Below, piece by piece: positions 16,585-24,000 of a stretch of DNA of 24,000 bases. The first letter of the stretch is position 1. Each line of letters begins with the position of its first letter. The notes below the pieces were generated by a model, which did no database searches, had not been told where the DNA came from, and was given only the letters and a program-made list of their open reading frames with translations. This stretch comes from Nitrospirota bacterium. GTDB lineage: Bacteria; Nitrospirota; UBA9217. The stretch spans positions 3,319 to 27,318 of the forward strand of contig JAAXXJ010000007.1 in NCBI GenBank assembly GCA_013334545.1, given 5' to 3'. The position numbers were made by a program, and so were the translations under genes.

Positions 16585-16794
16585 TTAAGCGGGAATCAGG
16601 TCAGCAATCAACGGTTTTTCCTTAGACAAGCGGCTAACGCCCATTACAGTAAAACCCAAAACATTTCCCTGTTCGTCCACACGCTCCATCACTGCTTCGT
16701 TATTTGTTTCCTTCATATAGCCGGCCTTATCGGAGAACTGGACCTCCAAGAAATCCCCCTCTGGATCAAACCAAACTTTTATTTGCTGGGCCAT
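16585..16794 (-). CDS. DUF2283-like small protein
   Basis: 69 aa: IKVWFDPEGDFLEVQFSDKAGYMKETNNEAVMERVDEQGNVLGFTVMGVSRLSKEKPL. Pattern typical of DUF2283. Confidence 0.72.
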   Translation of the reverse strand: MAQQIKVWFDPEGDFLEVQFSDKAGYMKETNNEAVMERVDEQGNVLGFTVMGVSRLSKEKPLIADLIPA

Positions 16795-17090
16795 AGCTGT
16801 ACCCCCCTTTTCGGCTTATCAGTCAGATACGCGGTAAGCACAAATGCATCCTCTATTCCATACTTTACCACAGCGCATAACCACTTGTCACCAACCAAGG
16901 TACCATAATAGTAGCGATAGTTCAGGTTCGCCGACGTATCGGCTCCGGATCGTATGACCAGTTGAGGTTTGAGTAGTGTTTCCTCAAGTGCAGCTTCCAT
17001 ATCGACCATTTCAGGGTGCTCCTTGATGTGTGCTAATCGTTCATCGGTTAATCGGACAGGCTTGCCTTGATAATCCCTGAGCACCTTCAT
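16779..17090 (-). CDS. Small protein of unknown function in the RM operon, possible toxin-like component
   Basis: 103 aa: MKVLRDYQGKPVRLTDERLAHIKEHPEMVDMEAALEETLLKPQLVIRSG...YRYYYGTLVGDKWLCAVVKYGIEDAFVLTAYLTDKPKRGVQLW. Start overlaps the upstream RM stop (ATGA). Its 3' end overlaps the start of the DUF2283-like gene by 16 nt. The toxin-like assignment is inference. Confidence 0.7.
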   Translation of the reverse strand: MKVLRDYQGKPVRLTDERLAHIKEHPEMVDMEAALEETLLKPQLVIRSGADTSANLNYRYYYGTLVGDKWLCAVVKYGIEDAFVLTAYLTDKPKRGVQLWPSK

Positions 17091-19960
17091 TGATGAGACG
17101 CCTCCACGATCTTGATCTCCTCCTCCGTCAACCCGTACAACTCATACACCAACTGATCGATCTGCCGATCGGTGGCGTCGATCTGGCGCTGGAGGACAGT
17201 TGTTTCGTGGTCGGTCTTGGCTGTAGGCAGTTGCTTGTTGAGCGAAAGCATCTGGTCGACAAGAGAAACCAGTTTTTCTTTTGCTTGGTTACCTGATGTC
17301 ATGACGGATATTTGAGACAATTGATTTGACGCTATATGGTTGTTTCCCGAGAAATGATTCCGAAAGAAAAAATTTATCAGTGTACTGTTCAATATACCCA
17401 ACAAGTATTTTAAAGGCCAGTCACTCTTTGCTTCCGGTTTTAGATTAACGACGTTGGTCGATTGTAAGCAGAAATATTGTCTGTTGTCATAGGTAGCGAT
17501 AATTCTACGCGACAATGTTATGTTTCTTATCTCCTGAACGACCAGTTTCTCGTCCGATTCGAATATTTCTCGCTTACGAGGAGCGTCCAATACTGAAGGC
17601 TCATAATATACATACATTCCTTCTTTAACGGGTTCATACCTTCCAATCTCGCTACCGCCTGCTGCTCGCATCCACAGACCCGATTGTTTCTTCATAGAGA
17701 TATATTTATCATTGTCCCCTGTACGAAGACCTTGGTTGATCGTACAAAGGTCGCCCAGATGTGTTTTAGCTTTTGCAAGCTTGCTAAGAACACCCAGTTC
17801 GCTCGGAGATATCTTAACTTGCCATGCCGCGCGGTGATTATTTGCCCAGACACTTTGGTCAATCTTATATTCACGATTTGGAGAGGGAAAAGTTTGCGAC
17901 GTCGTCAGAATTACTTCACACGATCTACACTCGGAATGTGTCGATCTCCTTTTCTCAACGACAAAAACCATAGTCTCGTTTTTCGCATTTACAAATACTC
18001 CCGGTCCAATATCAATGACCTTAATCAGACATGACGCGTCAAGAAGATATCGCCTAAGCTTTTCAAATGAGTCATTGCTCAGCAATGTATGAGGAATAAT
18101 AAAGGAATGCAAACCAAGAGGCCGCAAGAGTTTTTTCACTGACAGCTCTATGAAGAGCCCATAAACATCAAATCGATATTCGCACGTGTGGTATGTTTTG
18201 CTGAAATACTTTTTTTCAACTTCGTCAAGCTCGGTAATGAATAAGTATGGAGGATTTCCTATTATGGCATCAAAACCTCCAGATTTTATTATTTCAGAAA
18301 AGCCATCCTCCCAGTCGAACATATTGATCTGAAATTTATCTGCGCTATCAAGCATGTTTTGTTGAGCTTGAAAGTCATACCCGATAAGTGAATTGCCGCA
18401 CTTTATATTGTCACCGAGGTCGGGAAGGGCGCGTTCGTGAACGAAGGTGCTTTGAAGGGTCTGATTGTTCTCGCCTTCGAGGACTTTGAGCAGGAGCGAT
18501 AGCTTCGTTACTTCCACGGCCTGGGAGTCGATGTCAACACCGTAGATGTTATTCAGCAGGATACGCTTTCGTTCTGTGGTCGTCAGCCGATAGTCTCCGC
18601 CCTGAGCCTGGTAGAGTGTAGGGTTCTTGCTGGTCGCCCACTTCTTCGGATCGTCCTTCATATACCATTCCTGATGCCAGTCGAGAAGATATTGATACGC
18701 GCCGATCAGGAACGAGCCGGACCCGCAGGCAGGGTCGAGGATTCTCAATTTCTCGACATCCTTCGGTTTTTTATCCGCCACCAACTTACCAACAGTATTT
18801 CTTACTATGTAATCGACAATGTACTTCGGCGTGTAATAGACCCCGCCGGCTTTCCTGACCTCTGGCTTCTCCTCCACCTTCGCCCGATGCCCGGCGGTGA
18901 GGCTAATGACCTTGCCCAGGAACTGCTCGTACACCTGGCCCAGAATGTCTGCGGAGAGGACGGAGAATTCGTAGGGGCTTTCAGGATAGTAAAGCCGCTT
19001 AATGATGTCCTTGAGCGGCTTGTCGTCGATCTCGATCTTTGTGGTGAGGGTGTCGGGTTCTTCATGGCGGTCTTTCTCTTTCTGGAAATGGAAGAGGCCG
19101 GAGTTGTACCGGTCGTCCGCCTGGGAGAAAAGCTGGACGAGCCGCTTATAGGCATTGGTCCCGTTCTGGAGGGCCTGGAGCCTGCCGTATTCCTCGATGC
19201 CCCGGTCCTCGCAGATGCGCAGGAAAACGATGCGGTCGATCGTCCGCTGGACGGAGAAGTTCAGCTCCCGCTGGGTAAGGTCCGGATTCCGGAGGGCGAT
19301 ATTCCGGGCAAGGAGCTCGCGCCAGTCCTCGATCTCGGTGAGAAAAGCATCGTCGACCGTTGCCGTTCCTTTCTTGAGACGGGTTGTCTCGGCGTACTTG
19401 TCGAAGGAACCCCTGAGAACGGCGTCCCTGGAGAAGATGGAGACGATCTCGCCCCATTTCTCTGCATAGTCTTGGTAAGTGAAGTAGTTGATGCGGGCGG
19501 TGGATGCTTTGTCGTTCCGGTCGGGCTTGATGCGGGTGTCGTAGACCGCGAATTCCTCGAAGTCGCAGAGGATGCTGAGCGGGAGTTTGGCTGACCATGC
19601 ATATCTGCGGAGCTGGAAGGCAGCTGGGATGTCCTCTTTTATGAAAACCGACGGCTTCTTTGCTTCAAGGAAGAACTTGCGGGTCCCGCCTATGCGGAAG
19701 CAGTAATCAGGCGCCTTGGTCTCCTGCCCGATCTTGATGGCATCCTCGTGGACCACATCCTTGTACGCCTCGGCATTGCCCGCCCTGTTGGCCATGTCCC
19801 AGCCGAGGGCTTCGAACAAGGGATTCAGAAATTGCTGCCTGAGCTGTGCTTCGTTGTACTGGCCCGATTTGTAAGCGTCACGGTTCCGCTCGTAGTGTTC
19901 GACTAGCGTGAGGACTTCAGGAGGGCAGGGGATGCCGGGCTTGGCCGCTGGTTTGTTCAT
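17087..19960 (-). CDS. Type IIG-like restriction-modification enzyme / Eco57I-type N6-adenine DNA methyltransferase fusion
   Basis: Single long polypeptide: N-terminal PD-(D/E)xK-like segment (APDYCFRIGGTRKFFLEAKKP), MTase motif I-like LDPACGSGSFLIGAYQYL, NIYGVDIDSQAVEVTKLSL, catalytic IIGNPPY, and a TaqI-like C-terminal specificity region. ATG (MNKPAAKPG) chosen at 19960; the track start at 19996 is a TTG. Confidence 0.9.
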   Translation of the reverse strand: MNKPAAKPGIPCPPEVLTLVEHYERNRDAYKSGQYNEAQLRQQFLNPLFEALGWDMANRAGNAEAYKDVVHEDAIKIGQETKAPDYCFRIGGTRKFFLEAKKPSVFIKEDIPAAFQLRRYAWSAKLPLSILCDFEEFAVYDTRIKPDRNDKASTARINYFTYQDYAEKWGEIVSIFSRDAVLRGSFDKYAETTRLKKGTATVDDAFLTEIEDWRELLARNIALRNPDLTQRELNFSVQRTIDRIVFLRICEDRGIEEYGRLQALQNGTNAYKRLVQLFSQADDRYNSGLFHFQKEKDRHEEPDTLTTKIEIDDKPLKDIIKRLYYPESPYEFSVLSADILGQVYEQFLGKVISLTAGHRAKVEEKPEVRKAGGVYYTPKYIVDYIVRNTVGKLVADKKPKDVEKLRILDPACGSGSFLIGAYQYLLDWHQEWYMKDDPKKWATSKNPTLYQAQGGDYRLTTTERKRILLNNIYGVDIDSQAVEVTKLSLLLKVLEGENNQTLQSTFVHERALPDLGDNIKCGNSLIGYDFQAQQNMLDSADKFQINMFDWEDGFSEIIKSGGFDAIIGNPPYLFITELDEVEKKYFSKTYHTCEYRFDVYGLFIELSVKKLLRPLGLHSFIIPHTLLSNDSFEKLRRYLLDASCLIKVIDIGPGVFVNAKNETMVFVVEKRRSTHSECRSCEVILTTSQTFPSPNREYKIDQSVWANNHRAAWQVKISPSELGVLSKLAKAKTHLGDLCTINQGLRTGDNDKYISMKKQSGLWMRAAGGSEIGRYEPVKEGMYVYYEPSVLDAPRKREIFESDEKLVVQEIRNITLSRRIIATYDNRQYFCLQSTNVVNLKPEAKSDWPLKYLLGILNSTLINFFFRNHFSGNNHIASNQLSQISVMTSGNQAKEKLVSLVDQMLSLNKQLPTAKTDHETTVLQRQIDATDRQIDQLVYELYGLTEEEIKIVEASHQ

Positions 19961-20051
19961 GCAGAAAAGACTATTACAATTGATGAAAAATGGCAAGCGA
20001 TGAATCCGATGTGGTTCGCTGTTAGGTGCGTTTCCCGGCCGGTTTTTCTGA

Positions 20052-20080
20052 TTGCAGTCCTATCGCCTATTTGGTATAGT
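20052..20080 (+). promoter_or_regulatory. Putative promoter of the trp operon
   Basis: TTGCAG (20052-20057), 17 nt, TATAGT (20075-20080) with an extended -10 TG (TGGTATAGT). Lies 28 nt upstream of the trpE ATG. Confidence 0.5.
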
Positions 20081-20108
20081 AAAAACTCTTTTATTAGCAA
20101 GGGGTTTT

Positions 20109-21593
<1,485 letters not shown>

Positions 21594-21603
21594 ACGTCTG
21601 AAT

Positions 21604-21688
21604 TGAACCGCCAAGGCGCGAAGGACGCAAAGGACGTCAAGAGTGTTTATTGGTGTGCCGTCCTCGCGCTCTTCGCGCCTTCGCGGTG
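21604..21688. repeat. Imperfect inverted repeat in the trpE-trpG spacer
   Basis: Left arm accgccaaggcgcgaagg... and right arm ...cttcgcgccttcgcggt. Arms differ by about one base over 17 nt (ACCGCCAAGGCGCGAAG / ACCGCGAAGGCGCGAAG). Confidence 0.85.
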
Positions 21689-21706
21689 AGAAACTGAGGT
21701 TTGCTT

Positions 21707-22270
21707 ATGCTTCTGATGCTCGACAATTACGATTCCTTCACCTACAACCTGGTCCAGTACCTGGGCGAACTGGGGCAGGACCTGAAAGTGTACCGGAACG
21801 ACAAGATCACCATCGCAGAGATCGAGGCGCTCAAACCGGAGCGCATCGTGATCTCGCCGGGGCCCTGTACGCCGAAGGAAGCAGGCATCTCCATCGACGT
21901 GATCAAGCACTTCTCGGGCAAGGTCCCCATCCTCGGCGTCTGCCTGGGCCATCAATCCATGGGCGAGGCCTTCGGCGGCGACGTCATCCGCGCGCCCTAC
22001 CTGATGCACGGCAAGACCTCGCTGATCCATCACGACGGCAGGACCATCTTTGCGGGCCTTCCGAACCCCTTTGAGGCCACGCGGTACCATTCGCTCATCA
22101 TCAGGAAAGAGACGCTGCCCCCGGTGCTCGAGATATCGGCCTGGACCGATGACGGCATCATCATGGGGGTGCGGCACAAGAAGTTCAAGGTGGAGGGTGT
22201 TCAGTTCCATCCCGAGTCGATCCTGACGGGCGCGGGGAAGGACCTACTCAGAAACTTCTTGAAGTTATAG
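21707..22270 (+). CDS. trpG: Anthranilate synthase component II, glutamine amidotransferase
   Basis: [52 protein letters not shown] (class I GATase Cys), [12 protein letters not shown] (His-Glu). Confidence 0.95.
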   Translation: MLLMLDNYDSFTYNLVQYLGELGQDLKVYRNDKITIAEIEALKPERIVISPGPCTPKEAGISIDVIKHFSGKVPILGVCLGHQSMGEAFGGDVIRAPYLMHGKTSLIHHDGRTIFAGLPNPFEATRYHSLIIRKETLPPVLEISAWTDDGIIMGVRHKKFKVEGVQFHPESILTGAGKDLLRNFLKL

Positions 22271-22286
22271 AAACAAGAATAGTTTT

Positions 22287-22437
22287 ACCACGGAGGCACA
22301 GAGGGCACGGAGGACGGCAACAGCAGCAATTTTAATCCTGAAGATGCGAAGAGGCTTTGATTATACTATTCTTTATGACTCCACCGACGTAGTGCATCGT
22401 CCTTTGATTTCTCCGTGTCTCCGTGCCTCTGTGGTGG
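22287..22437. repeat. Inverted repeat pair flanking the trpG-trpD spacer
   Basis: Left arm accacggaggcacagagggcacggagg (22287-22313). Right arm tctccgtgtctccgtgcctctgtggtgg (22410-22437), whose reverse complement is ccaccacagaggcacggagacacggaga. Confidence 0.85.
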
Positions 22438-22465
22438 ATTCTTTTCTTACTATCATGGTGAGTCT

Positions 22466-23479
22466 ATGATCAAAGAGGCCATTGCAAAGGTCGTTACCGG
22501 CGCGAGCCTCACCGAAGCAGAGGCCGAGGGCGTGATGCGCGAGATCATGCAGGGCGAAGCAACGGATGCCCAGATCGCCGCGTACATCACGGCACTCCGC
22601 ATGAAAGGCGAGACCGTAGAGGAGATCACGGGTTCGGCGCGGGTGATGCGCGAGAAGGCCGTTCACATCAAGCTCGACGCGCCCTTCCAGGTGGACACCT
22701 GCGGCACCGGCGGCGATCTGTCGCATACGTTCAATATCTCGACCACGGTCGCCTTCGTGGTTGCCGGGGCAGGCGTGGCGGTCGCCAAGCACGGCAACCG
22801 GTCCGTGTCGAGCAAGAGCGGGAGCGCCGACGTGCTTCAGGCCCTGGGCATCAACATCGAGATGCCTGCCCAGCGCATCGAAGAATGCCTGAACGAGGTC
22901 GGCATTGCGTTCCTCTTCGCACCCATGATGCACCAGGCCATGAAATACGCCATCGGGCCGCGCCGCGAGATCGGCATCAGGACCATCTTCAACCTCCTGG
23001 GGCCGCTCACGAACCCTGCCGGGGTGAAGGCCCAGATCATGGGCGTTTACTCCGCCAACCTCACCGGGCTGCTTGCAAAGGCATTGGGCAACCTGGGCCT
23101 CACGCGCGCCTATGTGGTGCACGGCATGGACGGTCTGGACGAGATCACTGTCGCCGACCGGACCAAGGTCTCCGAGTACAAGGACGGGACCGTGACCGAC
23201 TATTTCATCCATCCATCGGACTTCGATCTGCCCATGGGCAAGCCGGAGGACCTGAAGGGCGGCGATGCCAGGGACAACGCCGCCATAACGCTCCAGGTCC
23301 TGAAAGGACAGCTGGGCCCCCGCCGTGACATTGTGCTCGTGAACGCTGCCGCCGGGCTCACGGCAGCAGGCAAAGCGAAGGATTTCCGCGACGGCATCCT
23401 GCTCGCCGGCGAGGCCATCGATTCAGGCGCGGCGCTGCAGAAGCTGGAAGAACTGAAGAAGTTCACGAACAGACCTTAA
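22466..23479 (+). CDS. trpD: Anthranilate phosphoribosyltransferase
   Basis: MIKEAIAKVVTGASLTEAEAEGVMREIMQGEATDAQIAAYITALRMKGETVEEITG, VDTCGTGGDLSHTFNISTTVAFVVAGAGVAVAKHGNRSVSSKSGSADVLQALG, FLFAPMMHQAMKYA, LGPLTNPA. Confidence 0.96.
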   Translation: MIKEAIAKVVTGASLTEAEAEGVMREIMQGEATDAQIAAYITALRMKGETVEEITGSARVMREKAVHIKLDAPFQVDTCGTGGDLSHTFNISTTVAFVVAGAGVAVAKHGNRSVSSKSGSADVLQALGINIEMPAQRIEECLNEVGIAFLFAPMMHQAMKYAIGPRREIGIRTIFNLLGPLTNPAGVKAQIMGVYSANLTGLLAKALGNLGLTRAYVVHGMDGLDEITVADRTKVSEYKDGTVTDYFIHPSDFDLPMGKPEDLKGGDARDNAAITLQVLKGQLGPRRDIVLVNAAAGLTAAGKAKDFRDGILLAGEAIDSGAALQKLEELKKFTNRP

Positions 23480-23487
23480 CGTAAGGT

Positions 23488-23556
23488 TCAAGGGGCAAGG
23501 GTCAAGGGGCAAGGAAGTCGAAACATCCCGGACCCCGGACCCCGGACCCCGGACCC
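23488..23556. repeat. Tandem/direct repeats in the trpD-trpC spacer
   Basis: tcaaggggcaagg at 23488-23500 and 23502-23514. GGACCCC heptamer repeated three times, then a fourth GGACCC (23530-23556). Confidence 0.9.
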
Positions 23557-23562
23557 TTTTTC

Positions 23563-24000
23563 ATGATCTTAGATGAAATCGTTGCATACAAAAAAGAAGA
23601 GCTGGCTGAAACGAAGCGCGGCTCTTCGCTGGCTGATCAGAAAAAGCGGGCCGCTGACGCCGGCCCCCTGCGGGGGTTCGGGGCAGCGCTGACCGCGACA
23701 CACGGCATCAAGCTCATCGCCGAGGTGAAGAAGGCGTCGCCCTCGAAGGGAGTGATCCGCGAGGACTTCGACCCGGTCAGGATCGCCGCGACGTACGGGG
23801 AGGCCGGGGCAACATGCCTGTCGGTCCTGACGGAGAAGCGGTATTTCCAGGGCAGCCTTGCATACCTGGGAGCCATCAGGAGGGCCGTCGGACTCCCGCT
23901 CTTGCGGAAGGACTTCATCGTCGACGAATACCAGATATTCGAGGCCCGTGCGGCAGGGGCGGACGCCATCCTGCTGATCGCTGCCTGTCTGGACAGGCGC
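23563..24000 (+). CDS. trpC: Indole-3-glycerol phosphate synthase, 5' part (runs off right edge)
   Basis: My translation: [146 protein letters not shown]. 146 open codons; not in the ORF track because no stop falls in the window. Confidence 0.95.
   Translation, partial: MILDEIVAYKKEELAETKRGSSLADQKKRAADAGPLRGFGAALTATHGIKLIAEVKKASPSKGVIREDFDPVRIAATYGEAGATCLSVLTEKRYFQGSLAYLGAIRRAVGLPLLRKDFIVDEYQIFEARAAGADAILLIAACLDRR

Noticed and set aside
16570-17090. Canonical HicAB toxin-antitoxin pair
   Set aside because: A HicB-like protein is present, but neither small neighbour shows the short double-stranded-RNA-binding-like HicA pattern (GSHxxy), so a classical HicAB call is not supported.
18674-19594. 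306-aa plus-strand ORF inside the RM gene
   Set aside because: Antisense to conserved RM sequence with composition typical of a shadow ORF.
20080-20108. Possible Trp attenuator or leader peptide before trpE
   Set aside because: The predicted transcription start is only about 20 nt from the trpE ATG. There is no room for a Trp-codon leader peptide or terminator/antiterminator structure.

Overview
This 24 kb window is GC-rich and looks like a chromosomal region from an anaerobe-like bacterium; taxonomy is inference only. Seven segments can be supported from the sequence. (1) The left end has a DUF202-type membrane protein (partial) and a MarC-family protein. (2) A long minus-strand cluster reads, in transcription order: outer-membrane beta-barrel candidate, small cytochrome with 5 CxxCH motifs, large lipoprotein cytochrome with 15 CxxCH plus 5 expanded Cx5CH/Cx9CH motifs, ResB/Ccs1-like, CcsA/ResC-like, small putative lipoprotein, small membrane protein, and B12-binding radical SAM protein. 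It is preceded by a near-consensus TTGACA-N17-TACAAT promoter and followed by an intrinsic terminator. This resembles a porin-cytochrome electron conduit with its own cytochrome c assembly genes. (3) The centre holds a nitroreductase, a stand-alone receiver domain, an MBL-fold hydrolase, and a DUF134 / NifB-NifX-like / DsrE-like cassette. A ~118 bp dispersed repeat occurs twice here, and one copy supplies the C-terminus of the DUF134 protein. (4) A GyrB/ParE-type topoisomerase subunit is followed by a strong terminator. (5) A compact minus-strand operon encodes a type IIG-like restriction-modification enzyme, an unknown 103-aa protein, a DUF2283-like protein and an orphan HicB-like protein; this is the best candidate for an under-described defence or toxin-antitoxin-type module. 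(6) The right end carries trpE-trpG-trpD-trpC (trpC partial), with a different repeat type in each intergenic gap. (7) A Gly/Lys-rich insert in TrpE is encoded by an 18-nt sequence identical to one of those intergenic repeats. No CRISPR array, tRNA or rRNA was recognised.
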